Shown here: one piece after another, positions 8,743-18,029 of the stretch
How positions within the stretch are numbered: the stretch's first letter is position 1
Layout of the letters: the number at the start of each line of letters is the position of its first letter
NCBI GenBank assembly: GCA_032128375.1
Contig: JAQBGU010000012.1
Location: 45,900-109,899 of the forward strand
DNA: 64,000 nucleotides
Direction of reading: 5' to 3'
Source: Deltaproteobacteria bacterium
GTDB lineage: Bacteria; Myxococcota_A; UBA9160; SMWR01
Program-made: the position numbers and the translations under genes
The notes under the pieces: generated by a model
The model's database searches: none
Seen by the model: only the letters and a program-made list of their open reading frames with translations
What the model was told of the DNA's origin: nothing

Positions 8743-10425
8743 TCAGGCCCGCGACGCCACCAATCGGTTCAGCGCCGAGATCACAGCGAGTAGCGATGCC
8801 GTGGTGATGTTGGTGTGTCGTCCGGCACCGAAGAGGGTTTCTCTATCGGCGTCCGCTTCGACTTCGACGTATGCGACGGCTCCCGCATCGGCACCGACTC
8901 CAACCGCGTGTTCGCTGAAGTCGACGACCTGCAACGCCAGATCCAGCCTTTTGGCCAGCGCGTTCACGAGAGATGCGATCGGACCATTGCCGGAGCCGTG
9001 GATCGTTCTTTCGGTGCCGTCGACCTTCACCCGAAACGCGATGTCGTGTTCCGAGTCAACCTGCGAGTCGGATACGGGTTGGTAGCTGATCAATTCGATC
9101 GGCGATACGCGCGACAGATATTCGCAAGAGAACTGCTCAAATATCGCGTCCGACGTGATCTCGAGACCAGTGCTCTCGGTCACTTGTTGGATCTGCTTGC
9201 TGAATTCGATTTGCAGCCGCCGAGGCAAGCGCATGCCGTGGTTGCTTTCGAGAAGGAAAGCCACGCCGCCCTTGCCCGATTGGCTGTTGACGCGGACGAC
9301 CGCCTCATACGATCGCCCCAGATCGCGCGGGTCGATCGGCAGGTACGGCACCTCCCAGAAATCGTCATCGGCCTCGGCGATCGCGGCCATTCCCTTCTTG
9401 ATGGCGTCCTGGTGCGAACCCGAGAACGACGTGTAGACCAACTCGCCCGCGTAGGGGTGACGCTGGTGGACCGGTAGTCGCGTGCAGTACTCCGCGACCT
9501 CGACGATCTCGTCGATTTTCCACAGCGCCAGTTTTGGATCGACCCCCTGGGTATACAGGTTCAGCGCGAGGTTGATGATGTCGACATTTCCGGTTCGCTC
9601 CCCGTTTCCGAACAGCGACCCTTCGACCCGGTCGGCGCCCGCCAACATCGCCAACTCTGCGGATGCGACACCGGTGCCGCGATCGTTGTGCGGATGAAGC
9701 GACAGCACCACCGAATCACGGTCGCGAATGTTTCGCCCGAACCATTCGATCTGGTCCGCATAGATGTTCGGCGTCGCCATTTCGACGGTCGAGGGCAGGT
9801 TCAAGATGATGGGCGCAGCCGGTGTCGGGCGCCACACGTCCATCACCGCCTCGCAGACTTCGACCGCGTAATCCAGCTCGGTCCCGGTGAAACTCTCCGG
9901 CGAATACTCGAGCACGATTTCGGTCTCGGGCATCTCGTCGCGAAGCCTCGCGATGAGTTCGGCGCCGCGCACCGCGATGTCCCGGATGCCGTTGCGATCG
10001 AGCCCGAACACGACCCGCCGCTGAAGCGTCGAGGTGGAGTTGTACAGGTGAACGATCGCGCGTTTCGCGCCCTGAATCGACTCGAAGGTGCGTCGGATCA
10101 ATTCCTCGCGCGACTGCGTGAGAACCTGGATCGTGATGTCATCGGGGATTCGATCATTTTCGATCAGTTCCCGGACGAAGTCGAATTCCGGCTGGGACGC
10201 GCTGGGAAACCCGACTTCGATCTGCTTGAAGCCGATCTCGACGAGCTTGTCGTACAAACGGCGCTTGCGCTCGACATCCATCGGCTCGACGAGCGCCTGG
10301 TTGCCATCGCGCAGGTCGATGCTGCACCACAGCGGTGCCTCGGTGAGCACCTTGTTGGGCCAGCTGCGATCCGGCAAATTGATGGGTGCAAAGGGCTTGT
10401 ATCGAGTGGCGGGCATGCTCGTCAC
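8743..10425 (-). CDS. leuA: 2-isopropylmalate synthase
   Basis: DLRDGNQAL, EVGFPSAS, HPHNDRGT, GNGERTGN, SGSHQDAI, VNSQSGKGG, GNGPI; RBS AGGAG before GTG. Confidence 0.96.
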   Translation of the reverse strand: MTSMPATRYKPFAPINLPDRSWPNKVLTEAPLWCSIDLRDGNQALVEPMDVERKRRLYDKLVEIGFKQIEVGFPSASQPEFDFVRELIENDRIPDDITIQVLTQSREELIRRTFESIQGAKRAIVHLYNSTSTLQRRVVFGLDRNGIRDIAVRGAELIARLRDEMPETEIVLEYSPESFTGTELDYAVEVCEAVMDVWRPTPAAPIILNLPSTVEMATPNIYADQIEWFGRNIRDRDSVVLSLHPHNDRGTGVASAELAMLAGADRVEGSLFGNGERTGNVDIINLALNLYTQGVDPKLALWKIDEIVEVAEYCTRLPVHQRHPYAGELVYTSFSGSHQDAIKKGMAAIAEADDDFWEVPYLPIDPRDLGRSYEAVVRVNSQSGKGGVAFLLESNHGMRLPRRLQIEFSKQIQQVTESTGLEITSDAIFEQFSCEYLSRVSPIELISYQPVSDSQVDSEHDIAFRVKVDGTERTIHGSGNGPIASLVNALAKRLDLALQVVDFSEHAVGVGADAGAVAYVEVEADADRETLFGAGRHTNITTASLLAVISALNRLVASRA

Positions 10426-10501
10426 GGTATGTTCTCCTGTGCGCCGAGGCCTGGGTCGGAGGGCTGCGCGCTTCTTGCTCGTCTTTCTGACGATTGCGGG
10501 A

Positions 10502-10570
10502 AGCTATTCAAGCGACTTCAAGCAACTTCGAGCAACTTCGAGCAACCTCAACTAACCCCAAGCAACCCAG
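10502..10570. repeat. Degenerate 10-bp tandem repeat (AGCAACTTCG-like, about 7 copies) in the leuA leader
   Basis: agctattca agcgacttca agcaacttcg agcaacttcg agcaacctca actaacccca agcaacccag. Confidence 0.7.
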
Positions 10571-10616
10571 AAACGCGAAACCCCCTCCGGCCGGCTCGGC
10601 GGGAGAGGGTTTCGCG
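10571..10616 (-). terminator. Attenuator terminator hairpin upstream of leuA
   Basis: Minus strand CGCGAAACCCTCTCC...GGAGGGGGTTTCGCG followed by TTTCT. Confidence 0.75.
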
Positions 10617-10647
10617 CTCGGCGTTTTCTGGACCAGTCTGCCGGACG

Positions 10648-10710
10648 CTAGATTCCTCCCGCCCTGCTAAGCAGCAGGGCGTCTGTAAGAGCGAGGGTTC
10701 GGCTGGTCAT
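10648..10710 (-). CDS. Leu-rich attenuator leader peptide MTSRTLALTDALLLSRAGGI
   Basis: 20 codons with 5 Leu, including CTG CTG CTT; GGCGGGAG in the leader can pair with CTCCCGCC in the terminator (antiterminator). Confidence 0.8.
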   Translation of the reverse strand: MTSRTLALTDALLLSRAGGI

Positions 10711-10835
10711 GATGGATCATTCTTACCCGAACACCCGCAGGGCGTCAAGCGAATTCCCGCGATGCCGCACACAGCCTGGGTGCCGAGTCCGGGACGCTGG
10801 GGATTCGCCAAGCGCAGCCCAAGCCCAGTAACGTC

Positions 10836-12134
10836 TCAGGCCGCGGCTTCTCCACTAATGGCTTCGAGTTCTCGTTGGTGGGTCTCCGGCAAGAACAGCA
10901 GGCAAAATGCAGCGCCGATAGACGAAAGTGACACCCAACTGACCACGCTCGCCAAGCTGCCGGAGCTGTTCGTTCCAAAACCGAATATCACCAACCCACA
11001 GACGAAACCGATCGATTGGACAGCGATCAGCGTCCCGCCCGATGAGCCGCGTTGCGAAGTCGGGAACATCTCGGTGGACTGGGCGCGGATGACGACATCC
11101 GCTGCTGACATGCACAACACGTAGAGCCCCCAGCTGATGACCAACACTTCCGACGGACCGTTGAAGAAGAGCACCGCGAACAGCGGTGCGATGGCGAGTG
11201 CCACGAAGCCCACTTTTCGCCGTCCAAACCGGTCGCTGCCGCGGCCGCCGATGACGTTGCCAAACATCCCGATGAACCCACCACCGAGCACCAGCAAAGA
11301 GTACTGCCCGGGTGACCAGCCGTGCGATTCCTGAACGAAGAAGCTTGTGTACTGAAACACCGCGATGCTTCCCATCGCGCCAAAAAAGCCGGCGAGCCCC
11401 ACGGTGATGACCCGACGCGGGTGGGTGTTCGCGAGTGCCGTGAGCGGCTCGAGCCACGCCTCCAAACTGATCGTGCGTCGTCGGGTCGACTCCACGTGAG
11501 CGGTGAACCGGTGGGTTTCGCGCAGCGATCGGCGAAATAGCGGCAGCACCGCGAGTGGCAGAATGCCGATTGCATAAAGAGAGCGCCACCCGTGAGGCAA
11601 CGCGTCGACAGCGCCGTACATGGCTGCGCCGGCCCCGTAACCCATGCCGCCGAGTACAGCCATCAGGCCGAGAGCGGAACCCCGTTGATCGGCCGGGAAT
11701 TCCTCGACCAGAATGACCACCGAAAGCGCGGCCCCGGTCAACATGAACGCGCGAGTCACCATCTGCAGCAGCATGAACTGTTCTTGTGTCTGTGAAAGAC
11801 CGGTCAAGAAGGTTCCTGCGCTCATTCCGATCAGGGAAGTCAGGAACATCTGGCGCCGGCCAATCACGTCTGCCAATGGGATCAACAGCAGAACTCCCAG
11901 ACCGCCGAGGCGCACGCCCGCCATCACGAAGCCGGTGTCGCTGGTGGACATGTCGATCGAGATCGCGATCTGTTTCAACGCCGCATTGACGAGCCCGATG
12001 TCGTAGCTTTCGAACACCATGCCGAGTGAGACCAAACGCAGCATCCCGAGTGGGCCCTTCATGACAACGGTGTCGCGGCCAAAGAAGAGCCTGAGCAGAA
12101 AATTGCTGTCCGCCGGCGTGTCGTCGCTTGTCAT
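10836..12134 (-). CDS. MFS transporter
   Basis: LADVIGRR and SDRFGRR motifs, EEFPADQRG and EMFPTSQRG, about 12 TM segments. Confidence 0.9.
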   Translation of the reverse strand: MTSDDTPADSNFLLRLFFGRDTVVMKGPLGMLRLVSLGMVFESYDIGLVNAALKQIAISIDMSTSDTGFVMAGVRLGGLGVLLLIPLADVIGRRQMFLTSLIGMSAGTFLTGLSQTQEQFMLLQMVTRAFMLTGAALSVVILVEEFPADQRGSALGLMAVLGGMGYGAGAAMYGAVDALPHGWRSLYAIGILPLAVLPLFRRSLRETHRFTAHVESTRRRTISLEAWLEPLTALANTHPRRVITVGLAGFFGAMGSIAVFQYTSFFVQESHGWSPGQYSLLVLGGGFIGMFGNVIGGRGSDRFGRRKVGFVALAIAPLFAVLFFNGPSEVLVISWGLYVLCMSAADVVIRAQSTEMFPTSQRGSSGGTLIAVQSIGFVCGLVIFGFGTNSSGSLASVVSWVSLSSIGAAFCLLFLPETHQRELEAISGEAAA

Positions 12135-12440
12135 AGTTGATTCAATTTCAACGAGTGGTTGCGTGGTGGGGGCAATAATCGCCGCGGTGCCCGGATACTA
12201 CAACCCAGCTCATCGGCCGGGGACTCTGGGACACCCTACCTGAAGTGGGGCCAGTGCAAGGGGGTTTCCTCCACGAGCGCCATGGAGGTCGCTCGCGCTC
12301 GAGCCCTGCGCGGTTGCAGGGGCCCGGAATCACAGTGTTTATCGGCGAGGGTCGAATTTTGCGAAAGAGCAGCGGTGTGTGACCGGATACGTCACGAAGA
12401 CCGGCTGAAATGATCAGGGCAACAACCAGGAGCAATCCCC

Positions 12441-12806
12441 ATGAACATCAGCATCAGCACGAGCAAACTGGTGAACTTGAACGCGAACCGAAACTCGACC
12501 CGAAGCCCAGACAGGCCAAGCAGGCTAGGCGGGCCAGGCGGGAAGGAAGAAGTCTTCGAGACTGCGCGAATCGCTTCGCGAACCCTCACGTGGTGCGACG
12601 TCTGTGGATTCGCGGAGGTTCGGACCGATGAAGTCCTCGATGCTGAGGTCCTCTTTCTCGCCGAGTGTCCGCGTTGCGAAAATCGCTGGACCTCGCGCGA
12701 GCCGATTAGCAGGCCATTGCCGCTCGCCGCTTCGGTTCAAACGGTTGCCAGGCGCTTCCGACGCGTGCCCGCACGCGTATCCCGATCTGTCGAGCCGGCA
12801 GCCTGA
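12441..12806 (+). CDS. Small zinc-ribbon protein (CxxC...CxxC)
   Basis: WCDVCG...ECPRCENRWT; RBS AGGAG before the ATG. Confidence 0.55.
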   Translation: MNISISTSKLVNLNANRNSTRSPDRPSRLGGPGGKEEVFETARIASRTLTWCDVCGFAEVRTDEVLDAEVLFLAECPRCENRWTSREPISRPLPLAASVQTVARRFRRVPARVSRSVEPAA

Positions 12807-12996
12807 CTCTACGCGGTAGCCAATGCGCATGGAGTAGCCCCTGAAGTAGCCCATGCGTTAGCACGCTTGCCCGCTCAGGTGCGGAGCGCGCGGCGCTGGC
12901 CGGCGCAATACGCGCGCGGGCACATGCGCGAACGCTTTCGCGGGCCCTTCTGCACCACTACGGGCGCACTCCGTGTGCCGTGATAGTGTCGAACCG

Positions 12997-14178
12997 ATGA
13001 GGCTCGTTCTCTATACAGGAAAAGGGGGTGTCGGCAAGACCACGACGGCCGCTGCCACCGGGGCTTGCGCGGCCGAGCGGGGGCGCCGCACGCTGATCGC
13101 TTCAGCGGACGCGGCACACAGTCTTGGCGACGTACTCGAGCGCCGGCTCGGGCCCCAACCAACAGAAGTCGCACCCCATCTCGACGCCATAGAGATCGAC
13201 CCTCGGGCCGAGGTGGAGCGCCACTGGGGCCGGATTCGGGACTTCCTGATCGAGGTCTTCGTCCACCAGGGCATTGACGACGTCGTCGCCGAAGAGCTGG
13301 CGATGCTGCCGGGAGCGGAAGAGATCACGACGTTGCTCGCGATCGAAGCGTTCGCCGAATCGGGCCGGTACGACTTCGTGATCGTCGACTGCGCGCCGAC
13401 TGACTCGGCGCTGCGGCTCGCCACGCTGCCCGATCTCGCGCACCGCGCGCTGAGAGTGCTTCTGCCCACCATGCAAGCCATCACGACAATCGGAACACCC
13501 ATCGCGCGCAAGCTGGTGTCGGTACCGTTACCGGGCGCGGAGGTCTTCAAGGATGCCGAGACGCTGATCTACGACAAATTGCAACTTCTGCGCGCTCGCA
13601 TCACCGACTCACAGACGAGCGTTCGGCTGGTTGTGACGCCCGAAAGCGTTGTGATCGAAGAAGCGCGCCGCGCGCAGACGGAACTGGCTCTGTTTGAAGT
13701 GCCTTGTGATGCAGTCGTGATGAACCGATTGCTCCCGGCCGAGGCTGCGCGAGAGAAATTTTTCCGCGAGATGAGCCGATTGCAAGAGCAGCGCTTCTCT
13801 GAGGTAGAGCAGACGTTCGCACCTCTTCCGGTGTTGCGTGGCCCGCTGTTCGACGACGAGGTCACGGGCGTCGATCGCCTGGCGGAACTCGGCCGGCGGC
13901 TGTTCTGCAGCCATCAGCCAGACGCCGTGCTGTGTGCGTCGGCTCCGGTGCGATTCCAAAAAGACGAAAAAGGCTACCGGGCGGAGATTCCGTTGCCGAG
14001 TGTGCGGGCGGACGAGATCGATGTGGCGGTGGTGGGCGAGGATCTAGCGATCACGATCGGTGGTCGACGCCGGTTGCTGGTGCTTCCTCGGCAGATGGCC
14101 CAGCTCACTGTCGAGTCCGCCAAGCTCGAAGGCACGCAGCTGGTCGTTTGCTTTGGGTCAACCGGGAGCGAACGTTAG
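12997..14178 (+). CDS. ArsA/Get3-family ATPase with C-terminal HSP20-like domain
   Basis: YTGKGGVGKTT, DAAHSLGD, LPGAEE, DCAPT; beta-sandwich tail. Confidence 0.9.
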   Translation: MRLVLYTGKGGVGKTTTAAATGACAAERGRRTLIASADAAHSLGDVLERRLGPQPTEVAPHLDAIEIDPRAEVERHWGRIRDFLIEVFVHQGIDDVVAEELAMLPGAEEITTLLAIEAFAESGRYDFVIVDCAPTDSALRLATLPDLAHRALRVLLPTMQAITTIGTPIARKLVSVPLPGAEVFKDAETLIYDKLQLLRARITDSQTSVRLVVTPESVVIEEARRAQTELALFEVPCDAVVMNRLLPAEAAREKFFREMSRLQEQRFSEVEQTFAPLPVLRGPLFDDEVTGVDRLAELGRRLFCSHQPDAVLCASAPVRFQKDEKGYRAEIPLPSVRADEIDVAVVGEDLAITIGGRRRLLVLPRQMAQLTVESAKLEGTQLVVCFGSTGSER

Positions 14179-14179
14179 C

Positions 14180-15340
14180 TTGAGAGTGCTGCTGTATACC
14201 GGCAAGGGAGGCGTGGGAAAGACAAGCCTCTCGGTAGCGACGGCGCTGGGCGCGGCGCGGCATGGACACAGGGTGTTTCTGTTGTCGACCGATTCTGCCC
14301 ACAACCTGGGTGACGTGTTGGGCCGACCCGTTGGAGCCCGGCCAGTGGAGGTCGCGGAGCGAGTAACCGCTCAAGAGGTCGACGTTTTGACCGAGCTCGA
14401 CCGGTCGTGGTCGCAGATCCAGGACTGGCTGCGAGAACTGATGCGCCCAGGTAGTGACGATATGGTCGTTGACGAGTTGTTGGTCTTCCCTGGGATGGAG
14501 GAGCTCGTGGCTCTGCGTGCGGTCCGAGAGGTCGAAGCGACCGGAGACTACGACGTGTGTGTCGTCGATTGCGCGCCGACCGGGTCCACGCTGCGGATGC
14601 TGCGCTTCCCGGATGTGTTACGGATCTTCATGGAGAATTTTTTCGACTGGAAGCGCAAGGCGGCACGGCTGATTCGCCCGGTCGCGACGCGCATTGGTGC
14701 GGATATATTCGTCCCGGGCGACGAGGTATTCGCCGCGTTTGAGCGGTTGTATCGCGAAGTCGAAGACGTCCGACAGATCCTGATGGACACCGATCGCACC
14801 AGCGCGCGGTTGGTCGTGAACCCTGCGCGCGTCGTCGTCGACGAGACGCGGCGTTCATTCGCGTACCTGAACCTTTACGGCGTTGCAACCGATGCGGTGT
14901 TGGTCAACAGGGTCTTGCCCCCTGAGGCGACCGGCGGCTATTTCGCTCGGTGGGCGAAGCGGGAGCAGCTCGAGCTCGCGGAGATCGAGCAGTCGTTCCC
15001 GGTCCCGCAGTTCCACGCTCCGCTCTATTCCAGCGAGCCGATCGGAGTGAACGCACTCGATCGACTTGCAACTGAGACCTTCGGCGACCGCGACCCAGCG
15101 CAGTTCTTTACGCGCTCGCGCCCAATCCGGCTGACGAAGCGCGGAGAACAAACGGTGCTGGAAATCGAACTCGTCAATGCTGAGTCGAGCGAACTCGATA
15201 TCTCGCTTCGCGGAGACCAGTTGTACGTTCGTGTACGCGATATCCAGCGGCGAATCTGTGTCCCAGACTCGGTCGCGGGCCGCAGCGTCGCTTCTGCCCG
15301 GATGAATAACGGTGTGTTGGAAGTGGCCTTCGAGGCCTGA
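14180..15340 (+). CDS. ArsA/Get3-family ATPase with C-terminal HSP20-like domain (paralogue 2)
   Basis: YTGKGGVGKTS, DSAHNLGD, FPGMEE, DCAPTG; TTG start at 14180. Confidence 0.9.
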   Translation: MRVLLYTGKGGVGKTSLSVATALGAARHGHRVFLLSTDSAHNLGDVLGRPVGARPVEVAERVTAQEVDVLTELDRSWSQIQDWLRELMRPGSDDMVVDELLVFPGMEELVALRAVREVEATGDYDVCVVDCAPTGSTLRMLRFPDVLRIFMENFFDWKRKAARLIRPVATRIGADIFVPGDEVFAAFERLYREVEDVRQILMDTDRTSARLVVNPARVVVDETRRSFAYLNLYGVATDAVLVNRVLPPEATGGYFARWAKREQLELAEIEQSFPVPQFHAPLYSSEPIGVNALDRLATETFGDRDPAQFFTRSRPIRLTKRGEQTVLEIELVNAESSELDISLRGDQLYVRVRDIQRRICVPDSVAGRSVASARMNNGVLEVAFEA

Positions 15341-16137
15341 TGGCGGAATCCTTCGAGCCGCGTTGGCGCGATGCTCGTCGAATCGTCTCGTTGGTTCCGA
15401 GCCTGACGGAGGCGCTATTCGCGCTCGAGCTTGGCGATCGGGTCGTTGGAGTAACCGAATGGTGTATTCACCCGGCAAGCCGAGTTGCGGGACTGCCCAA
15501 GGTTGGGGGCACGAAGACCCCTTCGGTTTCTCAGATCGTTGCGCTGCGTCCGTCGCTGGTGATCGCGAACCACGAGGAAAACCCCGAGCGCGTCGTGGTT
15601 GCGCTGACAGCCCTTGGCATCGATGTCTGGGTCACCTATCCCAGGACGCTACGCGACGGAGTGGTGCTGCTGAGAGAGCTTGCCGACCTCGGCGCCGGAC
15701 CAGCGGCCGTGGAAGACGTGGTCGCCCCTTGTGCAAGGGCGCTCGAGCGAGCGGAGCGGGAACAGCGGGGGCGGCCGGTCCGGGTCTTCTGTCCGATCTG
15801 GAAGAAGCCGTGGATGTCGGTCGGTGGGGATACCTACGCGTCGGACCTGCTACGTCTGTGCGGCGGAACCAATGTGTTCGCTGACCGAGGTGATCGCCGC
15901 TACCCGATCGTCGAGATGTCAGACATCGTTGCCGCCGAGCCCGACGTCGTTCTACTACCCGACGAGCCCTATGAGTTTGGCCCGCGCGATGTAGGCGAAC
16001 TCGCCCAACTCGCGATTCCGGCGGCGCGAAACCATCGAATTCACGCTATCGATGGAACCCTGATTTCGTGGTATGGACCGAGGATTGCCAGAGCGATCGA
16101 AACAGTCCAAGCTTTGTTGAGGGATGAACCAGACTGA
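15340..16137 (+). CDS. Helical-backbone metal receptor (BtuF/cobalamin-binding-like), no signal peptide
   Basis: RIVSLVPSLTE, VVGVTEWC, VGGTK, PDEPY, SWYGPR; TGATG coupling to the upstream ATPase. Confidence 0.8.
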   Translation: MAESFEPRWRDARRIVSLVPSLTEALFALELGDRVVGVTEWCIHPASRVAGLPKVGGTKTPSVSQIVALRPSLVIANHEENPERVVVALTALGIDVWVTYPRTLRDGVVLLRELADLGAGPAAVEDVVAPCARALERAEREQRGRPVRVFCPIWKKPWMSVGGDTYASDLLRLCGGTNVFADRGDRRYPIVEMSDIVAAEPDVVLLPDEPYEFGPRDVGELAQLAIPAARNHRIHAIDGTLISWYGPRIARAIETVQALLRDEPD

Positions 16138-16327
16138 TATCAACATGCGGGCATTTGGCAACAATACATTCGGGCTGCATGCTCGAAGCGAGCAACATGA
16201 ACGCACATTGCAACACAAGCCCAATTCAGTGTTCAAGTTTGCCGCTGACAGCCCGAAGAGAGTCAAAGCAATTCCGGCGACCCTTCAAGATCGATTGTCG
16301 GCGCCTTGCAACGAGGACCACCGAATC

Positions 16328-18022
16328 GTGACCGATACCCAGATTCGTCGCAAACGCAAAAGAGGAAACTGGCTGCTGAGCGCACTGCGCGTCGCGGCCC
16401 CGGTCGCCCTCGTTGTCTCACTTGCAGCGCCTGTATTTGCGGCGCAAATCGTCCAGGTCAGGGTTGGGAATCACCCCACTTTTTCACGCGTAGTGTTCGA
16501 GTTGGACACCCATGCCGGTTACCAGATCGAATCGCGAGGCGTTCCCGACAGCAAGGTGTTGGCGGTCCTGATAGACGCAGATTCGCGCAATCGCGACGTG
16601 ATCTCGAAGAGCCTCGGCATCGGTTCGGTTACCGTCGAAGCAGTCGGTGGCAAGTCGCTTGTGCTGGTTACGCTGCGACGCGACGACCTAGTGATCAAAG
16701 AGATGATCCTCTCGAATCCGCCGCGCATCGTGTTGGACTTCCGATACCCGGACCTCGCACCGGCTGCGAAGATCGCATCGACGAGTTCTGGTTCTGCGCC
16801 GATCGGCGACGCGCCTGCACCTGTGACCGCAGAGCCCGTATCAATCGAGCCCGAGACGCTTGAGTCCGTGCACGTCGAACCCGTGCCGATCCGATCGGAA
16901 CCCGTTGCAGTCGCCCCGGTAGTTGTAGTTGCGTCACCCGCGGTTTCCGACCCGGACCCGGACCCGGACCCGGAGCTGGAGCTGGAGCCGGAGCTGGAGC
17001 CCGAACCCGAGATCGTTGTGGTCGCCGAGCCGGAACCCAGCGACGAACCGATCGATGACTCCCAGCCGGGTAACGAGTTTGCTGCCGGCGCGAATGCCGC
17101 CACGCCTTCGCCGGATCCCACAATCGGCGACTCGATGATTGATACGCCACAGACACAAGCCTCTACCGTCGAGCACGCTACGGTCGCTAAAACGGCGACC
17201 GAGAAGCTGCTCGCGCCCGTGGCAGTTCGAACTCGAGCGAGTGTCCCAGTCGAAAAGCCGCGCGGCATCGCGCAATCACCGATCCCGCAATCACGGGACG
17301 CGCAGCAGCCTGAATCGAACATGGCGCTGATCGCGGCTATCGGAGCCGGCGTGCTGCTGGTAGCCGGCGTAGTACTGGTGATGAAGCGACGCGCTTCGCT
17401 TCCCAACGATCTGGATTTCGCGGCTCTACCCAATGAGTTCGCGAATTACGATGAGCCCGCCCCGGTGACGCGGATCGAGTCAGAAGCTACGGAGATTATT
17501 CGGATCCCGAAAGTGGGATTTGAGGTGCCTGATGTCACCGCAGTCATCGCGTTGACGGACGACTCTAGGGCCGACGTCGGCGACGCGGCTGTGCAGGTTT
17601 CTGAAGCAAACACCGCGGCGTACTCGCTCAGCGAGGTCTCCGAAAATGTAGCGAGAGCGGGTACCGAATTGTTCGATGAGGACCCCGAAGGAGAGAAGCA
17701 GATGGACATGGAAGCCAACGACCTGCCGGCACAGCGCGGAGCATTCGCGGCGTCACCGGCCCACTCTAGCAGTGGCGACTCCGCGGACAGAAAACTCGCC
17801 TCGATGGTTCAGGAGCTGATGACCCGGCTGGGCACACTCGAAACGCGCCTCGAAGAGTCGAACGAAGCCAGAGAACGCTTGGAGAACCAGGTTGCCGCGC
17901 AGAGCGAGGAGCTTCGTGTGCAGCGGGCCGCCATCGCTCGAACGCAGCGAGCGCTGCGCAGCCTCAGCAGGACCGACGAAGATCAGGCCACCGAGCCCGC
18001 CTTGCGTAATCCTTCGGCCTGA
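16328..18022 (+). CDS. AMIN-domain membrane protein with Pro/Glu-rich linker, TM helix and C-terminal coiled coil
   Basis: Signal peptide; VRVGNHPTFSRVVFELD...LSNPPRIVLDF (AMIN-like); TM ALIAAIGAGVLLVAGVVLVMKRR; heptad-rich C-terminus. GTG start inferred. Confidence 0.7.
   Translation: MTDTQIRRKRKRGNWLLSALRVAAPVALVVSLAAPVFAAQIVQVRVGNHPTFSRVVFELDTHAGYQIESRGVPDSKVLAVLIDADSRNRDVISKSLGIGSVTVEAVGGKSLVLVTLRRDDLVIKEMILSNPPRIVLDFRYPDLAPAAKIASTSSGSAPIGDAPAPVTAEPVSIEPETLESVHVEPVPIRSEPVAVAPVVVVASPAVSDPDPDPDPELELEPELEPEPEIVVVAEPEPSDEPIDDSQPGNEFAAGANAATPSPDPTIGDSMIDTPQTQASTVEHATVAKTATEKLLAPVAVRTRASVPVEKPRGIAQSPIPQSRDAQQPESNMALIAAIGAGVLLVAGVVLVMKRRASLPNDLDFAALPNEFANYDEPAPVTRIESEATEIIRIPKVGFEVPDVTAVIALTDDSRADVGDAAVQVSEANTAAYSLSEVSENVARAGTELFDEDPEGEKQMDMEANDLPAQRGAFAASPAHSSSGDSADRKLASMVQELMTRLGTLETRLEESNEARERLENQVAAQSEELRVQRAAIARTQRALRSLSRTDEDQATEPALRNPSA
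16949..17011 (+). repeat. Coding 6-bp repeat (DPDPDPDPELELEPELEPEPE)
   Basis: (GACCCG)x4 followed by GAGCTG/GAGCCG units. Confidence 0.8.
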
Positions 18023-18029
18023 TTCTCAT

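Noticed and set aside
9688..11124. 478-aa plus-strand ORF
   Set aside because: Antisense to leuA, its attenuator and the MFS gene; no recognisable domain.
5723..15340. EMC3/Get1-like protein and Get3-like ATPases as one GET-like pathway
   Set aside because: They are separated by about 6.5 kb of unrelated genes in other operons; proximity alone is not evidence.
12997..15340. Arsenic resistance operon
   Set aside because: No arsB/acr3, arsC, arsD or arsR; the proteins carry HSP20-like tails.
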